Part shown: positions 30,136 through 40,522 of the stretch, in pieces
How the letters are laid out: every line of letters begins with the position of its first letter
Numbering within the stretch: the stretch's first letter is position 1
From: a bacterium
GTDB lineage: Bacteria > UBA8248 > JACPRG01 > G963555815
Length of the DNA: 64,000 nucleotides
Assembly: GCA_965261595.1 (NCBI GenBank)
Contig: CBDHDG010000006.1
Span: forward strand, 992,001 to 1,056,000
Reading direction: 5' to 3'
Notes under the pieces: generated by a model
What the model was told of the DNA's origin: nothing
Seen by the model: only the letters and a program-made list of their open reading frames with translations
Databases searched by the model: none
Translations under genes and position numbers: made by a program

Positions 30136-30659
30136 AGAGCGGGGGAGGGGTGAACGGCTCCAAAGGAGAAGAGAGCATGGCGCACATCGTCAATCTCAGG
30201 CATGCGCCAGCCCTGCGGGCGGCGCTTCACGGCAAGCCGCTGGCCTTCTGATGCGCGCCGCTGCCCTGCCATGGGCAGGTCCTCGCCCGCGCCGCGGCAT
30301 GGGCGGCCTCCGTCCTGGCGGAACGGAGGGGAGAGTGAAGCGGGAGAGGGGCGAACGCCGCGAGGAGGGAGAGAGAGGGCCCCGGGCACCGGCAACACGG
30401 AAGGAGAACCGAAATGCAATCCGTCACTTTCAAGTGCATCGCCCCGTACGAGTCGAGGGTCTACCACGATGGCAATCTCGCCTGCGAGGTTGCGGAGCCA
30501 CTCGTCGATACGCGTCCGTTGCGGTGACGGGCCATGCCGTCTTCGGGCGATCCCTTCGGGCCGGGATCCCCGCTGCAATCTCCGCTCCGCTCCGATTTTC
30601 GCTTCCATCCCTATCGCCTCCGCTCGCTGGCGCTCGCTGCGCGCTCCTGTACCTCTTAT

Positions 30660-30845
30660 AAGTGACTCTGCGCTTCAATAGCACGGAATTGGGCAGGCCG
30701 CCGGGAGCAACCCTTGCGCGCTCAGTGCCATCAGCACCTCAAGCGGACAGGTGCCCCGGCGGTCCTGCCACGACGGATGCCCCGTGAGGAGTTAGCGCCT
30801 TGAGCGCCAAGTACAGGAGTCGGCAGGCGTCGTGGCAGGCCCAGC
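30660..30845 (+). ncRNA. Predicted IS110 bridge RNA (ends approximate)
   Basis: Two stem-enclosed internal loops whose segments match the target (TGCGCGCTC, CAAGCGGA) and the donor (GTGAGGAGT, GTACAGGA). Confidence 0.8.
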
Positions 30846-30876
30846 CACCATCGCACAGATTAGGGAGGGAGACGAA

Positions 30877-32247
30877 TTGGCAGATCTCAAGTGGTTTGTC
30901 GGAATCGATTGGGGGTCCCGAATCCACCAGGCCTGCATCCTCGACGCGAACGGCGACGTTCGAGCCGAGCATGCGTTCGCCCACGGCGGCGCCGGTTTCG
31001 CCGCGTTGACGGACTGGATTCTGTCCGGCACCGAGGAGGCGCCGGCGGACCAGGTCGGCGTGGCCATCGAGACGCCTCGCGGACCCGTGGTCGAAACGCT
31101 CCTCGGATGCGGCTTCGCCGTTCACTCCATCAACCCCAGGCAACTGGACCGCTTCCGCGACCGTTACTCGCACGCCGGGGCGAAGGACGATCGTCGCGAC
31201 GCCCTGGTGCTGGCGTCGGCGCTACGCACCGACCCGCACCGGCTGCTGCGGGTCAAACCAACGGCTCCCGCAATCGTCGAGCTGCGCGAGTGGTCCCGCA
31301 TCGTCGAGAGCCTGACGCGCGAGCGGGTGCGCCTGTCCAATCGCATGTGCGACCAGCTCTGGCGTTACTACCCCGAGTTCATCAATGTCGTGGAGGACTT
31401 CAATGTTCACTGGGCACTGGCCCTTTGGAACCGCGTGCCGACGCCCGCGGCCGTGCGCGGCGTCCGGCTTTCCACGCTCGAGAAGCTTCTGAAAAAGCAC
31501 CGCGTTCGACGTATCACCGCCGAGGAGCTCCGCGACCAGCTTACCGCGCGCGCCATCGACATCGACCCCAGCGCAATACGCGCCGCCGAGACCCACGCCC
31601 GCATCATTGCGAAGCAGCTTGCGCTCGTGAACCAGCAGTTGACAGAGGCCAACTCACGTCTCGAGGCGCTCGTCACCCAGCTCGCCGAAGCCGCCCCCGA
31701 TCCGGACGAAAGTTCCGAACCGGGGCAACACAAAGAACAGCGTGACGTGGCTATCCTGCGTTCTCTGCCCGGAGTCGGCACGGTTGTCCTCGCCACGCTG
31801 TTCGCAGAGGCCGATGACGCTCTGCAGCGCCGAGACTACCACGCGCTGCGCTGCTTGTGCGGCGTGGCGCCCGTCACCAAGCGCTCCGGCAAGAGCATGC
31901 GCGTCTCCCTCAGACGCGCCGCGCATCGTCGCCTGCGCAATGCCACCTACCATTGGGCACGCGTGGCCATGCAGAAGGACCCCGTCTGCAAAGCCAAGTA
32001 CCAGGTGCTTCGCTCCCGAGGCCACGGCCACGCCCGTTCGCTGCGCTCCGTCGCAGACCGCCTCCTCAATGTCGCCTGCGCCATGCTTCGCGACCAGACA
32101 CTGTTCGACCCGCAGCACGCCAGCGCTGCAGCAGGTTCACACCGCGAAGCGGTCAATGGAATCTCAATTGAATCATCTGTTGTTGGTCCTGTGGAGCTTG
32201 TGGGCGAGAGGGGCGAGAGTGTGGGCAACGCGGTGGGCAACGCGTAA
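30877..32247 (+). CDS. IS110-family DEDD recombinase/transposase
   Basis: VGIDWG, IE, KDDRRDA (DEDD); SLPGVG; GVAPVTKRSGKS (catalytic Ser); TTG start after AGGGAGG. Confidence 0.93.
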   Translation: MADLKWFVGIDWGSRIHQACILDANGDVRAEHAFAHGGAGFAALTDWILSGTEEAPADQVGVAIETPRGPVVETLLGCGFAVHSINPRQLDRFRDRYSHAGAKDDRRDALVLASALRTDPHRLLRVKPTAPAIVELREWSRIVESLTRERVRLSNRMCDQLWRYYPEFINVVEDFNVHWALALWNRVPTPAAVRGVRLSTLEKLLKKHRVRRITAEELRDQLTARAIDIDPSAIRAAETHARIIAKQLALVNQQLTEANSRLEALVTQLAEAAPDPDESSEPGQHKEQRDVAILRSLPGVGTVVLATLFAEADDALQRRDYHALRCLCGVAPVTKRSGKSMRVSLRRAAHRRLRNATYHWARVAMQKDPVCKAKYQVLRSRGHGHARSLRSVADRLLNVACAMLRDQTLFDPQHASAAAGSHREAVNGISIESSVVGPVELVGERGESVGNAVGNA

Positions 32248-32752
32248 GCGTTGTCCACGGACTTGTCCATACGGCCCGCAGGGCTCGCGCCGGTCCTCAG
32301 GACTCGTCCACAAATCCATAGGACTACCCCCTTGCAAGTTGGTGAGGAGTCCGCTTGCCGGGCCGGCGCCCGAGACCCGCGTCTCAATCCCGGAACCGCA
32401 CAGGGCGTCCGGGACAGTGGCTAACAATATCCCTCTCGACGTGATGGCCCATTGTCCCACACGTGCTCGCTGCGCCAACCCCGCCTCCGGCGGGGTCCTC
32501 CTCTTCGTTCCGGCCCTGGCTCGCAAGGCTACGGCGCTGAAGCGCCTAGGCGCGGCAAGAAACGCGACCGAGGCTCCGCGCTCCCTGCGGTCGCTTGTGC
32601 GCCCGCGCCACTCGCGCCCCTCGCCGCGCCAGGCCTTGCGGCCACGGTGGCTTTGCTGCGCGCGCGTGGGCCACTCAACCATCACGTTCGGAGACTCTCT
32701 CCGCACAACGAACCGTAACGGTTCTCAACCCTCTACCCGGAAGGAGAGCATC

Positions 32753-33676
32753 ATGCACGATATCGACAACATCTCAGAACAGAACCAGTCCGTCACCGCC
32801 ACCGTCTGCGAGCAGGCGGCTCTCTTCGGAGCAACCCCAGAGCGCGACGAATTCGACAACCGGGAGGTCTGGGATCCGGAGAACGCCCTCTCCGCCGTCA
32901 CGGAAGCCTTCCGCATCATGGCACACGGCGTCGCCCCCGACGGAACGCAACTCGCCGACGAGCGCGAGAGCCTGCTCTGGGGATTCGTCAACATGCTCGA
33001 CGCCCAGACGCAACGCCTCGACCGCGCGGCCGACAGGCTCCTCCCCGACATGCGCGACCTCCAGCGCGAGCAGGACGGCTCGGAGATCCGGTCCCGAGAA
33101 CTCGAACTCGTCACCGACCGAACCAAGAACCTCACGGACCGGCGGGACGCCTTCGAGCAACTCCGCGATACAGCGGCCGAGGCCTACCGGGTCGAGACCG
33201 GAGACCTCTGGCGGCCCCGGCGCGGGTCCCACACCTCCCAGACCGGCAAGCTCACTTCGGCCATGATCGATGCCCGCGACTTCCAGCGTGCCCGCAGGGA
33301 CCGCGAGAACAAGGCCCTCCTGCCCCAGGGAACGCTCGTCGCGGTGGCAGGCGGCAAGCACGCCGGCGACGCAGGCGCCATCATCCGCACCCTCGAGAAG
33401 CTTAAGGCCAAGTACGACGACGTGGTCCTGGTCCACGGCGGTGGTCCGGGCGTCGAGAAGATCGCGGCCAAGTGGGCGGACCGCAACGGTGTCCACCAGA
33501 TCGTCTGCAAGCCCAACTGGGACGCGCACGGACGCGCGGCGCCCTTCCGGCGCAATGACGAACTGCTCGATCTCCTCCCCAAGGGCGTCATCGCGTTCCC
33601 GGGTTCGGGCATCACCGACAATCTGGTCGACAAGGCGCGCAAGCTCGGTATCCCGGTCCAGTGCGTCGCCGCCTGA
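32753..33676 (+). CDS. DUF2493 (YspA/SLOG-like) domain protein
   Basis: AAGGAG RBS; LVHGG..GVEKIAAKWA..PNW..HGRAAPFRRND..FPGSGITDNL. Confidence 0.82.
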   Translation: MHDIDNISEQNQSVTATVCEQAALFGATPERDEFDNREVWDPENALSAVTEAFRIMAHGVAPDGTQLADERESLLWGFVNMLDAQTQRLDRAADRLLPDMRDLQREQDGSEIRSRELELVTDRTKNLTDRRDAFEQLRDTAAEAYRVETGDLWRPRRGSHTSQTGKLTSAMIDARDFQRARRDRENKALLPQGTLVAVAGGKHAGDAGAIIRTLEKLKAKYDDVVLVHGGGPGVEKIAAKWADRNGVHQIVCKPNWDAHGRAAPFRRNDELLDLLPKGVIAFPGSGITDNLVDKARKLGIPVQCVAA

Positions 33677-34358
33677 GCCCAACGACCTCGCGGGTCGCGT
33701 CGCCACCCGGCGGCGCGGCCCGTTCCTCTTCCGCGTTGCCCACTGCCGCACCGCCCGCCGCACTTCGCACCGCACCGGTGCGGACCCCGCTGCTCGCACC
33801 GCCCCGCACTGCCCCATGCACCATGCTCCGCACGGCCGCCCGCTCAATCGCCGCGGCGGCTCCCCCGCGCGTCACGCGCCCGCGGAGATCTTCCCTTCGT
33901 TCCTTTTACTGATTTTGGTCTGTCGGACGCCGGTCGGCGCTTTTACTCTCACACCTGACGCAGCAGGCTGCATGTGTACTCCATGCGCGCGCTTGTCCTA
34001 CATTCTTGTCCGCAATCAACGACCTGCGGTATCTCTGTGATGCCGGATAAAGTCCTACCAATCTGGTAGCTCGTAGGTATGCGGCGCTATCTCACTGATA
34101 TTCTTGCATTTATTCAAGTGCGCATCGCGCCCGGAGTTCGAGTGAGATCTCAAGCGGCATACGGCCGATACCAGACTGGTCGCGCGCGGATCCGCGCTGC
34201 GCTATGATGACTACCAATTTGGTTGTTCGGCCTCCGGCATCATTCGGAAGTTTTCTCCGGTCCGGGACGAGGGTGTGCGGTGTCCAGGACAAGGGCTAAA
34301 TCGGTCGTTTCCTGGACCGAGATGGACTGAAGTCTTCACAAAAGGATCGGCAAAGCTG

Positions 34359-34700
34359 ATGGTTCAGACACTGCAAAAGAACATTCGGGTCACGCCCGGG
34401 CAATGGAAGAGGATCGAAAAAGAGGCGGAGGAGCGGGGGATTTCGGCGAATCAGCTCGTGGTCGAGCTTGCTATGGAGGCGCTCGACCACAGGGAGTGGC
34501 CCCGAACGGAGCACGAAATCCAGCTCCTGCGGTCGGCGATGTTCGCGGCCCAGGCCATTGCGCGGGACATGGAGAGGGCCGGACGAGGGGATGAGGTCGA
34601 GGACATCAGCAGGAATATCTCCCAAATCGCACCGGAATTGCCTTACCATCCGATGAACGAATCGTCCGATGCCTCGCGGTTCGACGACACCGGGGAGTGA
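34359..34700 (+). CDS. Ribbon-helix-helix-like DNA-binding protein
   Basis: KNIRVTPGQW..IE.EA..RGISANQLV. Confidence 0.6.
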   Translation: MVQTLQKNIRVTPGQWKRIEKEAEERGISANQLVVELAMEALDHREWPRTEHEIQLLRSAMFAAQAIARDMERAGRGDEVEDISRNISQIAPELPYHPMNESSDASRFDDTGE

Positions 34701-34769
34701 ATTGGCACTCCGTTTGGGTACCGCTCCGCCGACAGACGGCGGGCAGACCGCCGGCCGCCCCGACCAATG

Positions 34770-35169
34770 GGGCGACGTGCGCGAACTGCTCGGCGAGCTC
34801 TACCGCATTGTCCATCGCTTAGAAGCCCTCTTTCCCGGCCGGAAATTCACCCCTGACGGCCATCTGGTGCGCAGCATCAGTAAGGTCCTTGCCGCCCACA
34901 CGTTCGCCCTCGACCTCCTGCCGGGCTCCTTTCCCAATCACGATGCCTTGGCCGCCGACGGGCGCAAGGTCCAGATCAGTTTCACCCAGGGCACCAGAAG
35001 CGTCGCGCTCAGGGTTGAGCCGGACCGTCTTATCGTCCTCCGCCTGACCTCCGACCGCTCCATCGAGGTCGACTCCCACGGGAAGGGCACATGCCCTCGT
35101 CCCATCGGGCAACGTACAGCGAAATGGTCAGGGGCAGATTTCTCTCTCACGTCTCCGTGCCATCGATAA
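34770..35169 (+). pseudogene. DUF6998-like protein, degraded
   Basis: LE..FPGRKFTPDGHLV..; HDA..ADGRKVQI; conserved positions appear mutated. Confidence 0.55.
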
Positions 35170-35422
35170 TGCCGTTCTCCGTCGCGAGCCCCTTCCTCTA
35201 CGGGACGCGATCAGCAACGCCCTGTAGATTCAACAATGAAATCTTTGTGTCATGCACGCATCCCCGGCTGTCCGCCAAACCGTCTTCGTGCCAGCAGCCG
35301 AGTCGCCGCAACGCATTCGTCGAGGGAGACGAACACAGCCAAGTCCGGGGACGTTGCTTCCAACGAGTACGGCCAAGTGTCGGCCGCTCCGTAGCCGAGT
35401 AGCGCAAGGCGTAGAACCAATG

Positions 35423-36826
35423 TCCCCCGCTCTAGGGTTTTGTTGGACACTCGATTGATCCATGATTCATGGAGAAAGGGGTGTCGCGATGAACGAACAA
35501 AAGCAAGAGGGGGCTTTGGCGGAGGGCGCCCGTAGGGCGAACGGAGCCAAGGCCCCAGGGCATCGCAGTGAGCGGGGTCGGTTCTCCTGCCAGCGCAAGC
35601 GGGAGGCGGTCCTGCGTCTTTTGCGGGGCGAGAGCCTGGAGACGCTCTGCCGCGAGTTGGGCACGACAGCGGCTCGGCTTTCCGCCTGGCGCGAGGCGTT
35701 CCTTCGCGGGGGCGAGGCGGCGCTCAAAGCCCGCCCGGCGGATGAGCGGGACGAGGAGAACGCCCGGCTCAAGGCCAAGGTGGGCGAACTCACGATGGAG
35801 GGCGAGGTCCTGCGGGAGAAGATCGACCGCCTGGAGGCCGGCCGCCCTTTAGCCGGCAGGAGGTGGAGGCGATGAGTCAGGCCCGCTTCACCTCCACGGG
35901 CAGAGCCTACGGCCTGAAGCGGGTGTGCGCCCTTTGGGGCTTGGCGCGCTCCACGGTCTACGCGCAACGGCGGCGAGAGGCGGTCCCCGTTCATGAACGC
36001 CCCACGCCCAATAAGCGCGGCCCTGTGGGCCCGTGCACCGATGCGGAACTCCTCGGCCACATCCGGCAGGTCCTGGAGGACTCTCCCTTCCATGGCGAGG
36101 GCTACCGCAAGGTGTGGGCGAGGCTGCGCTTCGCGGGCATCCGCACCAGCAAGGAGCGGGTGCGTCGCCTGATGCGGGAGGCGGGGCTTCAGGCCCCCCA
36201 CCGGGTGGGCAAACCCCGAGGTCCCAAGGCCCACAACGGGACCATCCGCACCGAGCGGCCCGACCGAATGTGGGGCACGCACATGACGACGACGGTGACC
36301 ACCGAGGAGGGGATGGCCTCGGTGTTCGTGGCGGTGGATCACTGCTCGGTGGACTGCGTGGGGATCCATGCGGCCAAGAGCGGCAACCGCTTCGAGGCCC
36401 TGGAGCCGATCCGGCAGGGGGTCGCCGAGCGCTTCGCCGGCTTGGAGGCGGACGTCGCCGAGGGGCTTAAAGTTCGTCACGACCACGGCCCCGCCTATCT
36501 GTCCGATGACTTTCAGCGGGAGATCGCCTACCTGGGCATGACCAGTTCGCCCAGCTTCGTGCGGGCGCCCGAGGGAAATGGCTACTGTGAGTGGTTCATC
36601 CGCATCTTGAAGGAGAATCTCCTGTGGGTGCGCTCTTTCGCCACCGTAGAGGAACTGCGGTGGGCGCTGCTTGAGTTCAAGAACCTGTACAACCATCATT
36701 GGATTCTCGAGGGCTACGGCTACCGAACGCCGGCCCAGGCAAGGCAGGAAAAACTCGCTCAAGTTGCGGAGGCCGCATGAGGTCGAATACCCTCACCCGA
36801 GTGTCCAATAACCCAGGGGCGGTCCA
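35423..36826 (+). mobile_element. IS3-family element copy 1 (1404 bp), TSD AATG; first DDE Asp mutated to His
   Basis: Ends TCCCCCGCTCTAGGG..CCCAGGGGCGGTCCA; orfA about 35489-35875, orfB to 36780; WGTHMT instead of WGTDMT. Confidence 0.92.
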
Positions 36827-36827
36827 A

Positions 36828-37718
36828 ATGACCGGAAGATACAAGGTCACCGGAATCGATCCCGGTGACATCTGGTTCCAGCTCGGCAACTGCCTCACGA
36901 TGCGCAAGTCCCGCGACCTCGTGAACACGCCCGGCATGTACGCAAAGACCCGCGACTCGGTCATGGGCTGGATGAATGCCCCAGGATCAATCGACAAGCT
37001 GGTGTTCTTTAACGAGCTGTTTGCGTCCGACGTCGTTTTGGACCATGTGGTTCCGGAACCACAGCAGCAGGGCGACGCAATGGAAGGCGCCGTTCTGATA
37101 GCAGCGCTCCTGATCGCCTTTCCGGACGCTCAATTCGGGTTCGGCTTGCCAGGCGGAGAGGACTCCCTCGGATCAGCATACTATTATCGTTCCCTCGGCA
37201 AAGACTCCGTTGACCTGCAGGATTGCAGCAACACCCGTGATCTACTCACACGATTGTTCAACTACCTGCAGAGTAACTCCTACTGGGTGGATGACGATCT
37301 GGTCCATATGCTGGCCCTATTGTCCGCCCTCTGCCAGGATCGCCACCGCACGACACCTGTCCAGGTGCTGTCTCTCTCGACCTCTGGAAATCACCAGGTC
37401 GATGCCGGACTGTTTCACGCCTACCAATTGGTCGAGGCCCTCTTGGAGATCCGCGACGGGGAACCGTTGCGCGCCGCCGTCGCCCGATGGAATGCCTCTT
37501 ACCCACATCAATTGGACGCCGCTCAAATCGATTTCATCAGAAACGCGCGAGACATATCCCTTCACTTCAAGGCACCGCGGGCCGCGAAGCGCCTGAAGGA
37601 CAGCCAGGTCGTGCTGGGGTTCGACCAAGACGGATCGCGGCAGAATGAATTTCGGAGGAACGGCATGCAAAGATTGCTGCGGGAGGCTGCGCAGGCTTAT
37701 TTTCTCGCCCGCCTGTAA
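36828..37718 (+). CDS. Putative HEPN-domain protein
   Basis: AYQLVEALL helix followed by RDISLH (Rx4H). Confidence 0.55.
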   Translation: MTGRYKVTGIDPGDIWFQLGNCLTMRKSRDLVNTPGMYAKTRDSVMGWMNAPGSIDKLVFFNELFASDVVLDHVVPEPQQQGDAMEGAVLIAALLIAFPDAQFGFGLPGGEDSLGSAYYYRSLGKDSVDLQDCSNTRDLLTRLFNYLQSNSYWVDDDLVHMLALLSALCQDRHRTTPVQVLSLSTSGNHQVDAGLFHAYQLVEALLEIRDGEPLRAAVARWNASYPHQLDAAQIDFIRNARDISLHFKAPRAAKRLKDSQVVLGFDQDGSRQNEFRRNGMQRLLREAAQAYFLARL

Positions 37719-37836
37719 ACCGTCTTCTCAGCATGAAATCAGGCTGCTTCGCACCGCGAAGGCCCGATCTCATCGCTGACTCTCAACGCACTGGATAGCC
37801 CGCGATCGGCCCGTATGCAACGTCCTGACGACTCTG

Positions 37837-38988
37837 TCAGGCGATATCGTCCGAGGGATCCTCTGAAGACGCCTTTCCGCGCCAGACCAAGCGTATTCCT
37901 GATTCGGCGTCTCCTACTGGGCGGATGCTGAGTTTGGGGGGCCGATCCGGGTCGGCCACCGCTTCGTCGAGCTGTTCCTGAGTGATCCGAACGGCATTGT
38001 CTTCCGCCTCATGTTTTCCGGCTCGGTCTATCCAATACACCCGTCCATGCAACTCGGCCCCAGTCAGGTTCGCGGCACCGAGGTCCGCGCCGGTCAGATC
38101 AGTGTTGGGAAATACCGCCTCCGTCATGTCGGCCTCCTCAAGGTCGGCGTCGACCATTTTCGCCGGCATTGTGGCGCCTCGGAACTTGCACTTGCGAGCC
38201 TGCACCCCGGAAAAGTCCGCATCGCTCATCTCGGCACCGGACAGATCGGCGTCTTCGAGAAGGGCCTGACGGCAGTTGGCCCATTGCAACTGGGCACCCG
38301 TCAGGTCCCTGTGCGCCAGATTGGCAAACATCAGGTTTGCATTCTGCAGGTTCACTCCTTGGAGCGGCATATTCAGCTCGACGCCACATAGCTGAGCGTC
38401 GTGGAGATCCAGCCAGACGGGTTCCCGTTTGTTCTGAATGGCGTCGATGCGCCGCATCTCCGCGATCGCCGTCATTGCCACCTGAACGTCCTTACTGGTC
38501 GCGGGTCTTTCGAGCTGCAGCCACCCGTCCCACACCTTGGGTTGAGGATAATTCAATTCCGGCGGGGTACGGACAAATTCGACGAGAAGCTTGATAGCTT
38601 CGAGTCGGAACTGGTCCGGGTGGTCCTCGGCCACACGTTCGAGGGCGTATATGCCGGCCAGACGGACCGGGAGCTCATTGTCCCCCAGCATGCTTGCTGC
38701 CTGCCGATATCTCTCGTACAGGTAAACCCGTTCACCGATCTCCGACTGCCGTTTTGCAGCTGTGGCTTGCCGCTCCGCCGCAAGACTGCGCCAGAGAGCA
38801 ATGAGGATCGCCACCATACCTCCGACCACGAGTGAGATGTTGCGAACTGCGGCGGCATTGCCCGTGTGTTCCGTCCCGCCCTGCAGCCAGTCCCAATATG
38901 CGACGGACAGGACGACTCCCAGCGAAATAACGACGACCACCGAAACGCCGAACCAGAACCCAAGTGACTTGACAGCGCGTAACAGCAT
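37837..38988 (-). CDS. Pentapeptide-repeat protein with two N-terminal TM helices (start uncertain)
   Basis: A(D/N)Lxx repeats; VRLAGIYALERVA. Confidence 0.85.
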   Translation of the reverse strand: MLLRAVKSLGFWFGVSVVVVISLGVVLSVAYWDWLQGGTEHTGNAAAVRNISLVVGGMVAILIALWRSLAAERQATAAKRQSEIGERVYLYERYRQAASMLGDNELPVRLAGIYALERVAEDHPDQFRLEAIKLLVEFVRTPPELNYPQPKVWDGWLQLERPATSKDVQVAMTAIAEMRRIDAIQNKREPVWLDLHDAQLCGVELNMPLQGVNLQNANLMFANLAHRDLTGAQLQWANCRQALLEDADLSGAEMSDADFSGVQARKCKFRGATMPAKMVDADLEEADMTEAVFPNTDLTGADLGAANLTGAELHGRVYWIDRAGKHEAEDNAVRITQEQLDEAVADPDRPPKLSIRPVGDAESGIRLVWRGKASSEDPSDDIA

Positions 38989-39118
38989 CGTGCTCGCCCA
39001 ACAAACTGTTGAACGCGCGCCTGCCAAACTCCATGAAAAACGCGTCAAAAGGTGTCCCATGATCCTGCTCGGCACCGTGGACATCGAGCATGCCCTCGCT
39101 TAGTCCCCAAGAAAGATC

Positions 39119-40522
39119 TGGACCGCCCCTGGGTTATTGGACACTCGGGTGAGGGTATTCGACCTCATGCGGCCTCCGCAACTTGAGCGAGTTTTTCCTG
39201 CCTTGCCTGGGCCGGCGTTCGGTAGCCGTAGCCCTCGAGAATCCAATGATGGTTGTACAGGTTCTTGAACTCAAGCAGCGCCCACCGCAGTTCCTCTACG
39301 GTGGCGAAAGAGCGCACCCACAGGAGATTCTCCTTCAAGATGCGGATAAACCACTCACAGTAGCCATTTCCCTCGGGCGCCCGCACGAAGCTGGGCGAAC
39401 TGGTCATGCCCAGGTAGGCGATCTCCCGCTGAAAGTCATCGGACAGATAGGCGGGGCCGTGGTCGTGACGAACTTTAAGCCCCTCGGCGACGTCCGCCTC
39501 CAAGCCGGCGAAGCGCTCGGCGACCCCCTGCCGGATCGGCTCCAGGGCCTCGAAGCGGTTGCCGCTCTTGGCCGCATGGATCCCCACGCAGTCCACCGAG
39601 CAGTGATCCACCGCCACGAACACCGAGGCCACCCCCTCCTCGGTGGTCACCGTCGTCGTCATGTCCGTGCCCCACATTCGGTCGGGCCGCTCGGTGCGGA
39701 TGGTCCCGTTGTGGGCCTTGGGACCTCGGGGTTTGCCCACCCGGTGGGGGGCCTGAAGCCCCGCCTCCCGCATCAGGCGACGCATCCGCTCCTTGCTGGT
39801 GCGGATGCCCGCGAAGCGCAGCCTCGCCCACACCTTGCGGTAGCCCTCGCCATGGAAGGGAGAGTCCTCCAGGACCTGCCGGATGTGGCCGAGGAGTTCC
39901 GCATCGGTGCACGGGCCCACAGGGCCGCGCTTATTGGGCGTGGGGCGTTCATGAACGGGGACCGCCTCTCGCCGCCGTTGCGCGTAGACCGTGGAGCGCG
40001 CCAAGCCCCAAAGGGCGCACACCCGCTTCAGGCCGTAGGCTCTGCCCGTGGAGGTGAAGCGGGCCTGACTCATCGCCTCCACCTCCTGCCGGCTAAAGGG
40101 CGGCCGGCCTCCAGGCGGTCGATCTTCTCCCGCAGGACCTCGCCCTCCATCGTGAGTTCGCCCACCTTGGCCTTGAGCCGGGCGTTCTCCTCGTCCCGCT
40201 CATCCGCCGGGCGGGCTTTGAGCGCCGCCTCGCCCCCGCGAAGGAACGCCTCGCGCCAGGCGGAAAGCCGAGCCGCTGTCGTGCCCAACTCGCGGCAGAG
40301 CGTCTCCAGGCTCTCGCCCCGCAAAAGACGCAGGACCGCCTCCCGCTTGCGCTGGCAGGAGAACCGACCCCGCTCACTGCGATGCCCTGGGGCCTTGGCT
40401 CCGTTCGCCCTACGGGCGCCCTCCGCCAAAGCCCCCTCTTGCTTTTGTTCGTTCATCGCGACACCCCTTTCTCCATGAATCATGGATCAATCGAGTGTCC
40501 AACAAAACCCTAGAGCGGGGGA
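39119..40522 (-). mobile_element. IS3-family element copy 2, TSD GATC
   Basis: Near-identical to copy 1; GATC at 39115-18 and 40523-26. Confidence 0.93.

Larger units (their letters stand above)
30645..32352 (+). mobile_element. IS110-family element bounded by a shared TCC core
   Basis: TCC at 30645-47 and 32350-52; no long terminal inverted repeats; boundaries supported by four guide matches in the 5' non-coding region. Confidence 0.85.

Noticed and set aside
30652..32352. Alternative IS110 boundaries: a CC core giving a TTGCAA-N18-TATAAG junction promoter, or a CGCT/CT core
   Set aside because: Only the TC(C) core makes all four guide segments match. The junction promoter under that model (TTGCAA-N17-TACCTC) is weak and is not claimed.
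31742..33676. 644-aa ORF suggesting an IS110-DUF2493 fusion
   Set aside because: The N-terminal part is an off-frame read-through of the IS and spacer; the real start is the ATG at 32753 with an AAGGAG RBS.
35423..40522. Composite transposon formed by inverted IS3 copies 1 and 2 around the HEPN-like and pentapeptide genes
   Set aside because: Each copy has its own TSD (AATG; GATC), so they were independent insertions.
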